Part shown: piece by piece, positions 1 through 8,170 of the stretch
Layout of the letters: each line of letters begins with the position of its first letter
How positions within the stretch are numbered: the stretch's first letter is position 1
NCBI GenBank assembly: GCA_028679985.1
Contig: JAJRAH010000107.1
Location: 1 to 36,691 of the forward strand
Source: Methanomassiliicoccales archaeon
GTDB taxonomy: Archaea > Thermoplasmatota > Thermoplasmata > Methanomassiliicoccales > JACIVX01
Direction of reading: 5' to 3'
Length of the DNA: 36,691 nucleotides
Translations under genes and position numbers: made by a program
Notes under the pieces: generated by a model
Database searches by the model: none
Seen by the model: only the letters and a program-made list of their open reading frames with translations
What the model was told of the DNA's origin: nothing

Positions 1-2
1 AG

Positions 3-1283
3 GAGAAAGCGCGATTGCTCGAGATCCTTGAGGCTGCAGTGGATGCGATCGACCCATATCGATGCGTGAAAGACGCTTTGGGTCTCAAGAAAGATGTGTT
101 GTCGGTCGGTGGAAAGGAGTATCTCCTGTCTCGTTTCGATCGGATCATCGTAGTCGGTGCGGGGAAAGCTTCGAAGAGGATGGCGGAGGCTGTAGACGAG
201 GTATTGGGGGACGGGATCAGCGATGGAACGGTCAACTTCCTTGAGGAGGGCAGGGTCGGTAGAATCACCCTCCATAAGAGCACGCATCCGCATCCGGGAC
301 GAGAGGGCGTGGAGGGTGCGCTGGAGATAAAGAGGTTATGCGAGGCAGCGACAGAAAAGGATCTGGTCATCTGCCTGATCTCTGGGGGAGGATCGGCGAT
401 GATGCCTTGCCCCGTAGACGGCGTCACGCTTGAGGAAAAGGGTCGCACAGCCCAGCTCCTCATGCTGCGGGGGGCGAGGATCAATGAGCTGAACGTGGTT
501 CGGAGGCATCTTTCCTGCCTCAAGGGAGGGAATCTGGCAAGACTCGCGCATCCCGCAACAGTGCTCAGCCTGATCGTTTCCGACGTCGTGCGCGATCCAT
601 TGGAAAGCATCTCCTCGGGACCGACTGCGCCCGATCCAACGACATCCGATGACGCACTGGCCGTCTTGACGAGGTTTGATCTGATCGAGGAAGTGCCGGA
701 ATCCGTGGTTCGTCATTTGAAAAGCAGAAGGAACGAGAATCCGAAGCCCGGCGATCGGATCTTCGACAGAGTGAACAACGTGATCGTTGCGAGCAATCAG
801 ATCGCCTTGTCAGCAGCTGAGACAAAAGCGAGAGATCTGGGATACAACACTGCTATCATCACTTCTTCTCTCGAAGGCGAGGCAAGGGATGTGGGTAGGA
901 CGTTCTCCGCTCTCGCGAACGGGATAGTGAGAGCATCTAGTCCAGTTCCTCCGCCTGCCGTCGTCATTGCCGGGGGTGAGACGACGGTGACCGTCGTTGG
1001 AAAGGGAAAGGGAGGACGGAACTGCGAGCTCGTACTCAGCGCGCTTCAGGATTTGGACGAGCGCATAACAATGCTCTCCTTCGGTACCGACGGCATTGAC
1101 GGTAGCTCGGAAGCTGGTGGCGCGATTGGGGACGCGAAGGCGTGGAAGGACGACGCGCCAGCGTTCCTTGAGAACAACGACTCCGCATCGTATTTCGACC
1201 GAGAGGGCGGGCTGATACTGACCGGACCGACCGGCACGAACGTAGGGGACGTGATCCTGGTCATCGCATCGAGAAAAAGATAA
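3..1283 (+). CDS. Glycerate 2-kinase-like protein (MOFRL family), probably 5'-partial at window edge
   Basis: The frame is open from base 3 to TAA at 1281-1283. The track start at 15 is a TTG with no upstream stop, so the true N-terminus is probably outside the window. Motifs seen: 'RIIVVGAGKAS', 'LISGGGSAMM', and C-terminal MOFRL-type 'IAGGETTVTVVGKGKGGRNCE' and 'FGTDGIDG'. These are typical of TtuD/Gck-type glycerate 2-kinases. Confidence 0.8.
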   Translation, partial: EKARLLEILEAAVDAIDPYRCVKDALGLKKDVLSVGGKEYLLSRFDRIIVVGAGKASKRMAEAVDEVLGDGISDGTVNFLEEGRVGRITLHKSTHPHPGREGVEGALEIKRLCEAATEKDLVICLISGGGSAMMPCPVDGVTLEEKGRTAQLLMLRGARINELNVVRRHLSCLKGGNLARLAHPATVLSLIVSDVVRDPLESISSGPTAPDPTTSDDALAVLTRFDLIEEVPESVVRHLKSRRNENPKPGDRIFDRVNNVIVASNQIALSAAETKARDLGYNTAIITSSLEGEARDVGRTFSALANGIVRASSPVPPPAVVIAGGETTVTVVGKGKGGRNCELVLSALQDLDERITMLSFGTDGIDGSSEAGGAIGDAKAWKDDAPAFLENNDSASYFDREGGLILTGPTGTNVGDVILVIASRKR

Positions 1284-1311
1284 AATAGTCTCACCCCTAT
1301 CGCACTCTGAC

Positions 1312-2970
1312 ATGCCAGTCATCACCTTCGGCTATCGGGATCTCATCGATCTGATCGGGCGGGAGGTTCCCGTCGACGTTCTTCTGGATAGGATTCCGAT
1401 GATGGGTGCGGACCTGCACCATTACGACTCCGATATGGAGGAGATCGCAATCGAGTTCTTTCCGGATCGGCCAGATCTGTACTGCGTCGAAGGCGTGGCG
1501 AGGGCGCTCAGGTCCTTTCTAGGATACGAGCCAGGGCTCAAGAGATACCCCTTGGAGGAATCCGGAGTCACGCTCTACAGGGAATCCAGCGTGGATGCGG
1601 TGCGGCCTTACGTCGTCGGCGGCGTCGTGAGGGACGTGCAGATGAGCGATCCCCTAATCCGCTCCCTCATGGAGATGCAGGAGAAGATACACCTCGCCCT
1701 CGGTAGGAAGAGGGCGAAGGTCTCCATAGGAATCCACGACATGGACAGAGTCGTCCAGCCGTTCACATACAAAGCAGTCCGACCTGAGGAGATTTCCTTC
1801 GTGCCCCTCGCGAAGGATGAGCCTATGAACCTACGGGAGATACTGGAGAAGCACGAGAAGGGAATCGACTACAAGTTCATTCTTGAAGGCAAGGAGAAGT
1901 ACCCGATCATCGTCGACAGCAACGGCGATGTACTTTCCTTCCCACCGATAATCAACGGCCGGCTGACCGCCGTGACGGAGAGTACCAGCAACATGTTCAT
2001 AGACGTGACCGGCACCGATTTCCAGGCAGTATCCGGAGCATTGAACATCGTTTCGACCGCTCTAGCAGAGAGAGGAGCGAAGATCCAGACCGTCTCGGTC
2101 GAGGGCGCCGAAAGGATGATCACGCCGGACCTCAAGCCTACGAAGTGGTCTCTGGATCCCGCGCAATGCAACTCCCTATTGGGTCTGGAGCTCGAGAGGG
2201 CCGAGATGTGCAGATGTCTAAGGAAGATGGGATACGGGTGTGATGACGACGGCGGCGACGTGATAAATGTCCTAGTACCGGCAACAAGGCTGGACATTCT
2301 ACATCCGGTCGACCTCATCGAAGACGTGGCCAAGGGCTACGGGTACGAGCAGTTCGGCACTCAGCTTCCGACCGTCCAAACAATTGGCGGGGAGAGATCT
2401 ATTGAAAAGGCGGCCAATCTGGTCAGGGCGATGATGGTGGGATACGGCTACTTCGAAGTCACGACTTTGACCTTATCGAGTCCGAGGGAGCAGTTCGATG
2501 ATGCTCGAGTTAGCGAGTGTGAGGTCGTCGAGATTCTGAACCCCATAAGCGAGGATCACACGTGTCTCAGAGTTCACCTTCTCCCCAGCCTGCTGAGCGT
2601 TCTCAGGAAGAATAAGCATAGGGACCTTCCGCAGCGCATTTTCGAGGTCGGAGACGTAGTCATAGATACCAGGAGGCAGAAGCACCTGGCAGCGGTGTCG
2701 ATCCACTCCAAGGCGAGCTTCACGGAGATGAAGTCGATTGTCGAGGGCTTCTTGCGTGACTGCTCTGTCAAATGGGAGCTCTCTTCGGCAGTCTTGGGAA
2801 CGTTTGTCGAGGGCAGGGCCGCGTATGTCGTCGTCGATGGCGAGAAGGTCGGCTATTTCGGCGAGGTTCACCCCGAGGTCATAACGAGCTTCGGGCTGGG
2901 ACATCCGGCGGTCGCGTTCGAAATCGATTTAGAGAGAGTACTCTCAGGCAAGTTGGACAGGATAGTCTGA
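1312..2970 (+). CDS. pheT: Phenylalanine--tRNA ligase beta subunit (archaeal type)
   Basis: 552-aa ORF with the length and layout of archaeal/eukaryal PheRS beta. Segments seen: 'MPVITFGYRDLIDLIG' N-terminus, 'RPYVVGGVVRDV', 'KVSIGIHDMD', B5-like 'LLGLELERAEMCRCLRKMGY', and C-terminal class-II-like core 'QRIFEVGDVV'. Confidence 0.92.
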   Translation: MPVITFGYRDLIDLIGREVPVDVLLDRIPMMGADLHHYDSDMEEIAIEFFPDRPDLYCVEGVARALRSFLGYEPGLKRYPLEESGVTLYRESSVDAVRPYVVGGVVRDVQMSDPLIRSLMEMQEKIHLALGRKRAKVSIGIHDMDRVVQPFTYKAVRPEEISFVPLAKDEPMNLREILEKHEKGIDYKFILEGKEKYPIIVDSNGDVLSFPPIINGRLTAVTESTSNMFIDVTGTDFQAVSGALNIVSTALAERGAKIQTVSVEGAERMITPDLKPTKWSLDPAQCNSLLGLELERAEMCRCLRKMGYGCDDDGGDVINVLVPATRLDILHPVDLIEDVAKGYGYEQFGTQLPTVQTIGGERSIEKAANLVRAMMVGYGYFEVTTLTLSSPREQFDDARVSECEVVEILNPISEDHTCLRVHLLPSLLSVLRKNKHRDLPQRIFEVGDVVIDTRRQKHLAAVSIHSKASFTEMKSIVEGFLRDCSVKWELSSAVLGTFVEGRAAYVVVDGEKVGYFGEVHPEVITSFGLGHPAVAFEIDLERVLSGKLDRIV

Positions 2971-3035
2971 AGATATGCGAGAGCAGAGTTTCTAATAATC
3001 ATTAGCTCATCTTGGAGAGTGTCCAAGGGGACGAT

Positions 3036-3122
3036 GCCGAGGTAGCTAAGCCCGGATCACGGCGCCGGCCTTGAGAGCCGGTGGTGCTTTGCACCACGGG
3101 AGTTCGAATCTCCCCCTCGGCG
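3036..3122 (+). tRNA. tRNA-Ser (anticodon UGA), class II, no intron
   Basis: Manual cloverleaf. Acceptor GCCGAGG(3036-3042)/CCTCGGC(3115-3121), discriminator G3122. Anticodon stem CCGGC/GCCGG with loop CUUGAGA (UGA at 3072-3074). Long variable arm GGTGC-TTT-GCACC. T arm GGGAG-TTCGAAT-CTCCC. CCA is not encoded. An AT-rich 'CTAATAATCATTAG' lies about 35-45 nt upstream. Confidence 0.9.
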
Positions 3123-3187
3123 CTCTATGTTCTCTCTGCCAGTAATATTCGGACTGCGTCTACCGTCTCCAAGGCCGACCCCAAGCC

Positions 3188-4177
3188 ATGAAACCGCGTG
3201 GTTATTGGGCAATCTTCATATACTGCTTCCCTTTTTGCCAGTCCCCAATGGCGATACGCGACATTCTGGCGAACAACGTCCTGATGATGGTGATAGCATT
3301 CATCGCAGGATTCGCCCTCGGGGGATTTCCGGCCTTCAACTCAGAGCTTGCCATGGCATCCCTTGTCGTCGTCATGTCGCTATCGCTAGGTGGACTGAGC
3401 CTGAAAGGGCTGGATCCCCGAAAGCACCTCCGTCCCACAGTCATCGCTCTGCTTCTGAGCTTCGGCGTCTCGTCGGTGGTGACGATTCTTCTAGGTCAGT
3501 TCTTCGAGGGCCAGGTAAGGATCGGCTGGATACTCTTGGCTGCAGTGCCGTCTGCAGTGGCGGTCATACCATTCACGTACATGCTGAAGGGCGACCTGCA
3601 GTTCTCTCTCGTGTCATCAACGATGCTTTACATCCTGTCGCTTGCCCTTACGCCATTGATAACGGTCGCTTTCATCGGCACGGCGGTGAGTCCGGTCACG
3701 CTCCTTTGGTACGTTGCGATGCTGATATTCCTGCCGATGGTACTCTCCAGAGGTTTGAAAAGGATGCCGCTGTCCAGAAACTCGAGGACGATTCTGATCA
3801 ATGTCTCCTTTTTCGTTCTGACTTTCGCTATCACTGGCGCGAACAGAGATGCGTTCCTCGGGGACACTCTGCTTGTGACAAGCCTCGTCATCGTGGCGTT
3901 CGTAAGGACTTTCGCGGTCGGTGGAGCGGTCGAGGTACTCGCACGCAGGTTCAAGGTCGACAGGGAAGCGAGGATCCCGATGGTCCTATTCGCGACATAC
4001 AAGAACACGGGTATGGCGGCTGCGCTTGCCGTCGCGCTCATCGGAAGCGAGGCCGCGATTCCAGCGACGATATGCATGGCGCTTGAGATCGTCTGGTTCC
4101 TTGCCCTTACAAAGATATTCTTCCCTGAGCTCCGATCTTCAAGTGTGTCACCCGTTTCCACAGAGTCAGATGTCTGA
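3188..4177 (+). CDS. Multi-pass membrane permease (bile acid:Na+ symporter / SBF-like or AEC-like fold; family uncertain)
   Basis: 329-aa ORF made almost entirely of hydrophobic helices (about 9-10 predicted by eye). The C-terminal 'LFATYKNTGMAAALAVAL' resembles the conserved motif of SBF/BASS-type carriers. An alternative start at ATG 3248 (MAIRDIL...) is at least as plausible. The overlapping 3127..4086 ORF is an Arg/His-rich shadow frame. Confidence 0.6.
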   Translation: MKPRGYWAIFIYCFPFCQSPMAIRDILANNVLMMVIAFIAGFALGGFPAFNSELAMASLVVVMSLSLGGLSLKGLDPRKHLRPTVIALLLSFGVSSVVTILLGQFFEGQVRIGWILLAAVPSAVAVIPFTYMLKGDLQFSLVSSTMLYILSLALTPLITVAFIGTAVSPVTLLWYVAMLIFLPMVLSRGLKRMPLSRNSRTILINVSFFVLTFAITGANRDAFLGDTLLVTSLVIVAFVRTFAVGGAVEVLARRFKVDREARIPMVLFATYKNTGMAAALAVALIGSEAAIPATICMALEIVWFLALTKIFFPELRSSSVSPVSTESDV

Positions 4178-4253
4178 TCCCTGGCGGCGGAAGAAGGCCT
4201 TCGCTAGATTTAAATCCGAAAACGCACATATAAGAGTGCCGTTACTGGCAGGG

Positions 4254-4529
4254 ATGGGTGCGTTGTGTAGGTATCGTTATAGGCAGTCCTCTTGCGCACA
4301 CAAGCAGATCGAGGGAAGGGAGTGCGTCGGAGAGGAGAACTGTCTGGTCAAATCGATTCCGATGCGCTATTGTCAGATGAACTCCGACTGCTCGCTAGAG
4401 CAATGGCACGGACTCTATTGCGAGAAATACCAGCGCTTCTACTGTTCCGGTATCGAGAACTGCACGACGATCGAGTCATATATGGCTCATTTCGCAAAGT
4501 TCAGGGAGTTCTTGGGGAGGAAGACCTAG
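4254..4529 (+). CDS. Small cysteine-rich protein (91 aa, 9 Cys), unknown family; paralog of the next gene
   Basis: ATG at 4254 within the long 3921..4529 track ORF; the part upstream of it overlaps the permease and looks non-coding. 'CATATAAG' and 'TTTAAAT' TATA-like elements lie 20-45 nt upstream. The C-terminal block 'GLYCEKYQRFYCSGIENCTTIESYM' aligns with 'GFYCRKFRKFECIGPGNCGSLEDYM' of the downstream ORF, with identical Cys spacing (C-x7-C-x5-C). Confidence 0.55.
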   Translation: MGALCRYRYRQSSCAHKQIEGRECVGEENCLVKSIPMRYCQMNSDCSLEQWHGLYCEKYQRFYCSGIENCTTIESYMAHFAKFREFLGRKT

Positions 4530-4763
4530 ATGGATTGCATCTACCTGAGCAAGGACGGGAAATGCAAGGGCGCCTACCACGGATTCGGATGCATCAAGGA
4601 GAAGTGCAGATCCAATCGTGAGCCCTGCCAGTTCAATGAGAAAGGATTCTACTGTAGGAAGTTCAGGAAGTTCGAATGCATCGGTCCGGGCAACTGCGGC
4701 TCGCTGGAGGACTACATGAACTTCGTCAACGAGCGGAAGAAGCGAGCTCAGACCTCGAAGTAG
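4530..4763 (+). CDS. Small cysteine-rich protein (77 aa, 8 Cys), unknown family; paralog of the previous gene
   Basis: The ATG immediately follows the TAG of the upstream paralog (TAGATG) and is in the same reading frame. It has a regular Cys ladder (C3,C12,C21,C26,C33,C42,C50,C56) and a basic C-terminal tail. It overlaps the 3' end of the convergent PPAT gene by 16 nt. Confidence 0.6.
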   Translation: MDCIYLSKDGKCKGAYHGFGCIKEKCRSNREPCQFNEKGFYCRKFRKFECIGPGNCGSLEDYMNFVNERKKRAQTSK

Positions 4764-5710
4764 ATGTCTGGTCTCAGCCTCGGAACCATCGCCGCCAGAA
4801 CGGCTTGCTCGCTCAGCTGTTGTCTATTCATCATTCCCTTGGTGAGGTAGCCGATCGCTCCCTCACGATGGCCGATGTCCTCGATGCCGTACAGATCGTC
4901 GAAGATATCCGAGACCGCGATGCCAGTCTTGATCCTCTTCTCGACCTCGGGCGGATATCTGAAACCGGAGCTCTGGCCCGATGTGATCCTGCCTTCTTTG
5001 TCAACTATCGCACAGTATTGGATTCCGTATAGGCCGTCGTCCGTCTCGAGAATCCCCGCCTCCATCCCAACCCCATAGTCAGCCTTCTTTATCGCGAGGC
5101 GAGCCCTTTCCCTTGCTCCTTCGAGAATGCAGTCACCCCAAGGTTGGTCTCCGACCGTCGTCTTGACACGGATGGACTTGATCTCGACCTTCCTGTATAT
5201 CTCGCCGAGCACCTTTCGGACGGCCTCAATCTTCACGGGATTGCCGCTGCCGATGTTCACCCTGAGGGGACGAAGCAGCCTTCCGTCCTCGTCTATCTCC
5301 CCTTCGAGGATGCGCGTCGATGTGATAGTGGCGCAATCCTCTCCCAGGACATGCTTGATCCCCTCGATGACTAGCGGTCGAAGTCCCTTTGCGATCCTGA
5401 TATCGTTTATCTTTCTTGCATTTTCGATCGTGCTCTGAGAAACGACGAGCGCCTCGAGGTCCTTGTCATACGCTGCACTTCCCATACCATCCTCGAGAAT
5501 CTCTATCTCCCACTTCTTCCTCTGGGACGAGAGATAGTCTCTAAGAATATCCAACCGTCGCTCGAGTGGGACGCGGAATTTCTTCTTGAGCGTAAGACTG
5601 TCGGAGCTTATTCCCACCACGACCCAGTCTCCCAGATCGAACGCCCTATTCAAAAGGATTCGATGTCCCCTGTGCAAGACGTTGAAAGTCCCAGCTACGC
5701 CTACCTTCAT
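4748..5710 (-). CDS. Fusion protein: archaeal-type phosphopantetheine adenylyltransferase (cytidylyltransferase fold) + non-canonical purine NTP phosphatase (NTPase I-T / DUF84-like)
   Basis: The likely start is the ATG at 5710 (MKVGVAGTFNVLHRGHRILL...), which overlaps the upstream stop as ATGA. The 52 codons further upstream in the track ORF overlap the Zn-ribbon gene. The N-terminal 'GTFNVLHRGH' is the (H/T)xGH nucleotidyltransferase motif of archaeal PPAT. The C-terminal half, 'RVNIGSGNPVKIEAVRKVL...GVGMEAG...YCAIVD', matches the YjjX-type ITPase/XTPase family. Confidence 0.8.
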   Translation of the reverse strand: MKVGVAGTFNVLHRGHRILLNRAFDLGDWVVVGISSDSLTLKKKFRVPLERRLDILRDYLSSQRKKWEIEILEDGMGSAAYDKDLEALVVSQSTIENARKINDIRIAKGLRPLVIEGIKHVLGEDCATITSTRILEGEIDEDGRLLRPLRVNIGSGNPVKIEAVRKVLGEIYRKVEIKSIRVKTTVGDQPWGDCILEGARERARLAIKKADYGVGMEAGILETDDGLYGIQYCAIVDKEGRITSGQSSGFRYPPEVEKRIKTGIAVSDIFDDLYGIEDIGHREGAIGYLTKGMMNRQQLSEQAVLAAMVPRLRPDIYFEV

Positions 5711-5904
5711 CAGACACCCATCGCTACGAAAGCGATCGCAAGGATGACCATCGTCACCGCGTAAAGGATAATCAGCTGGCGCTTCCGCTTCTTGAGAACG
5801 TCCTTGCCCTGGCTGCTGCATTCGGCCGAGCAGTAAGACTCGCTCCCAATGAAAGCCCTGCCACATTGACGACAGTGCTTGTGCTGAGGTATCCTATCTG
5901 CCAT
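5710..5904 (-). CDS. Zn-ribbon membrane-anchored small protein (DUF2116-like)
   Basis: Start taken at 'MADRIPQHKHCRQCGRAFIGSESYCSAECSSQ', followed by a basic linker and one C-terminal TM helix 'LIILYAVTMVILAIAFVAMGV'. The HKHC-x2-CG...FCS-x2-C pattern resembles archaeal DUF2116 Zn-ribbon proteins. Its stop overlaps the downstream ATG. The track start at 5955 is also possible. Confidence 0.6.
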   Translation of the reverse strand: MADRIPQHKHCRQCGRAFIGSESYCSAECSSQGKDVLKKRKRQLIILYAVTMVILAIAFVAMGV

Positions 5905-5988
5905 GCTTTCCTCAATAACACATTCCCGTTTAAAAGGTTGTTGCAGATTGTTCAAAGGGCCTGCACTGAGGACAGACCGAAAATCATC

Positions 5989-6576
5989 TCAGGAAATCCT
6001 TCGATCCAGCTCATTGTTGACAATGGTAATGCAGTGATCGGCATGATAGCTAATAGGCCCTAGCCGGACCTTGTTCGGCAGATATGCCATGAGGGACTCC
6101 TCCTCTTCTGGCGTGAGATCCTGATCGTCACCGAGCACGAAAGTCACATCGTCGGGGAAATCAACTTCTCTTATGTCGGCCCCGTCCTCCTTGAGGTAGA
6201 CGACCTTCGTCTCCTTGGATATATTGGAAAAGAGCTCGGGGTAGGATCGGTTGGAGATGTAGATGCCGGGCGAAGACCGCTCTTCGCCGCTCGCCTTCTG
6301 CATCAGCGCGTTCCTGACTAGTGCGCCGGTGCTCCTCTCGTCCGGGTTCAGGTACTTCAGTTCATTCCCGACGAATCTCAGAGTTTTTGGCGAAGAGGGC
6401 GGTCCGAGCAGGACGAGGAACATCTCCACGTCCCTTCGAATATCGTGCGACAGGAAAAATGCGGAATTGATGCATCTCAGCAGGACGTCCAAACGCCCAG
6501 CGCCGCCGCATAGGTCGTCGAGTTTGAAGCTTGCCGAGGTCGTCGCCCTGTGACCTATGACGATGAATCGTCTCAT
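5989..6576 (-). CDS. trmY: tRNA (pseudouridine54-N1)-methyltransferase TrmY (SPOUT, DUF358)
   Basis: '[50 protein letters not shown]...FVGNELKYLNPDERS' matches the conserved TrmY core (GRxDxxxRCxxxAFFLSHxIRRD). The ATG overlaps the srp54 stop (ATGA), which implies an srp54-trmY operon. Confidence 0.82.
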   Translation of the reverse strand: MRRFIVIGHRATTSASFKLDDLCGGAGRLDVLLRCINSAFFLSHDIRRDVEMFLVLLGPPSSPKTLRFVGNELKYLNPDERSTGALVRNALMQKASGEERSSPGIYISNRSYPELFSNISKETKVVYLKEDGADIREVDFPDDVTFVLGDDQDLTPEEEESLMAYLPNKVRLGPISYHADHCITIVNNELDRRIS

Positions 6577-7898
6577 TCCTGCGCCCCTAGTCCACCGCTC
6601 TCCAACTGCTTGAGCAACTGCCTCCTCAATTTCCTGTTGCCCAGGAACCCCTTGACGGCTCTCTTGGAGATGTTGTACTGGCGAATGAGCTCCCTCACAT
6701 CCTTCGGATCGACGCCAGATCCTCTCGCTATCCTCACGATCCTCGTAGACTTGATGATGCGCGGATCCTCCATCTCAGCATCGGTCATCGAGTCCATGAT
6801 CACCCTGTACTTCCACAGCCTCTGCTGCGATTCCTCCACATTTATCTTGTCGGTGACTCCTGGCATGCCGGGCAGCATCGACACAAGCTTCTTGAGCGGC
6901 CCCATTTTGGTCAGCATCTCCATCTGGTCATACATCTCTTTGAGCGTGAATCGTCCGGACATGATCTTCTTGGTCGTTTCGAGGGCCTCTTCTTCGGTGA
7001 TCGATTCCTTGGCCTGCTCGAGAAGAGACTGAATGTCCCCCATTCCCAGCATGCGGGAAATGAATCTCGCAGGCTCGAACGGATCTAGATCTTCGAGGTG
7101 CTCACCAGTTCCAATGAACACGATCGGCGCCTTCGTCTGCGCGACCGCACTCAGCGCTCCGCCGCCCTTCGCGGTGCCATCCATCTTGGTTAGGATGACG
7201 CTCGTGACTTCGACCGCATCATGAAACGCCTTTGCCTGAGGACCGGCCTGTTGACCGGTCGCTGCATCGAGGACGAGTATTCGTTCGTCAGGCTTGGCGA
7301 TTCTCGCGACGTTCTTCACTTCCTCGATGAGGTCATCCTCGAGAGCGTGCCGACCTGATGTGTCTATGATGACGACGTCGATGCTCCCCATCTCTTTCAG
7401 TCCTTGAGACACGATCCTCGTCGCATCCTTCTCCTCCCTCACGCCGTATACTGGTATCCCCAGCCTGTCGCCGATCTGCTTCAACTGATCGTAGGCGGCG
7501 GGCCTGTGGACGTCGGCGGCTATCAAGCCGACCTTGAGTCCCTTCTTGTGGAAGTACCTGCCGAGCTTCCCGGCCGTCGTCGTCTTGCCTTGACCGTACA
7601 GTCCGACCATCATGATGATCTGGCGAGAGAGGGGAATGGAGCGCTGCTCTCCCAGTATCTTCACGAGCTCTTCATAGATTATCTTGATGACGTGCTCTCT
7701 CGAGCTCATTCCAGCTGGCGGCTTCTCGGTCAGAGACCTCCTTTCGACCTCTTTTGTGAGTTCCAAAACAAGCTTGACGTTGACATCGGCCTGAAGGAGC
7801 GCTCTCTGAATGTCCCGGGTCACTTCTTTGATCAGGTTCTCGTCTACGTGACCCGCGTTGGCGATCTTCTTCAAAACATCCCTTAGGGATCGTCCCAA
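6573..7898 (-). CDS. srp54: Signal recognition particle protein SRP54
   Basis: N domain. G domain with P-loop '[14 protein letters not shown]', 'DTSGR' and '[10 protein letters not shown]'. Met-rich M domain 'MLPGMPG...'. The first canonical start in frame is TTG at 7896-7898. The four in-frame codons upstream encode V-L-E-G, which resembles the usual MVLDxLGxSL N-terminus (see findings). Confidence 0.93.
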   Translation of the reverse strand: MGRSLRDVLKKIANAGHVDENLIKEVTRDIQRALLQADVNVKLVLELTKEVERRSLTEKPPAGMSSREHVIKIIYEELVKILGEQRSIPLSRQIIMMVGLYGQGKTTTAGKLGRYFHKKGLKVGLIAADVHRPAAYDQLKQIGDRLGIPVYGVREEKDATRIVSQGLKEMGSIDVVIIDTSGRHALEDDLIEEVKNVARIAKPDERILVLDAATGQQAGPQAKAFHDAVEVTSVILTKMDGTAKGGGALSAVAQTKAPIVFIGTGEHLEDLDPFEPARFISRMLGMGDIQSLLEQAKESITEEEALETTKKIMSGRFTLKEMYDQMEMLTKMGPLKKLVSMLPGMPGVTDKINVEESQQRLWKYRVIMDSMTDAEMEDPRIIKSTRIVRIARGSGVDPKDVRELIRQYNISKRAVKGFLGNRKLRRQLLKQLESGGLGAQE

Positions 7899-7979
7899 CC
7901 CTTCAAGAACCGTCGCAAATCACCTGCCGCCAAGAGTATCCCGCCGTCTATTAAGCTTTACCGTCCAGCTGTTCAGAAT

Positions 7980-8043
7980 AAAAAAAGGGATGGGAAGGGC
8001 TAGCCTTGTCAGAAGGGATGGGATGCACTCTAACAACTAGCCC
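7980..8043 (-). terminator. Candidate terminator of the coiled-coil gene: hairpin followed by T7 tract (minus strand)
   Basis: On the minus strand, GGGCTAG (8043-8037) and CTAGCCC (8003-7997) form a 7-bp stem with a 33-nt loop. TTCCCATCCC and TTTTTTT (7986-7980) follow. Oligo-T tracts are the established archaeal termination signal. It lies about 130 nt downstream of the stop at 8171 and upstream of the srp54 promoter region. Confidence 0.35.
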
Positions 8044-8170
8044 AGAACTTCCCGGAACAACTATAATCTTAATGCTATATAAATTTATTGACAGAATGAC
8101 CTTCGAATCCTCAAGTTTATCTGGCTAACATCAAACGAATGTCCGATTTCACGGCAAGAACGCTGCAGGT

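Noticed and set aside
3127-4086. 319-aa ORF overlapping the permease in another plus-strand frame
   Set aside because: The translation is Arg/Gly/His/Ser-rich and non-hydrophobic. The 3188 frame encodes consecutive TM helices, so only one can be real.
4527-4529. TAG between the two Cys-rich ORFs as a pyrrolysine or read-through codon
   Set aside because: TAG also terminates purB (13152-13154), lplA (19898-19900) and the CMD-family gene at positions matching normal protein ends, so TAG is an ordinary stop here. No pyl genes are in the window. It is kept only as a remark in the finding.
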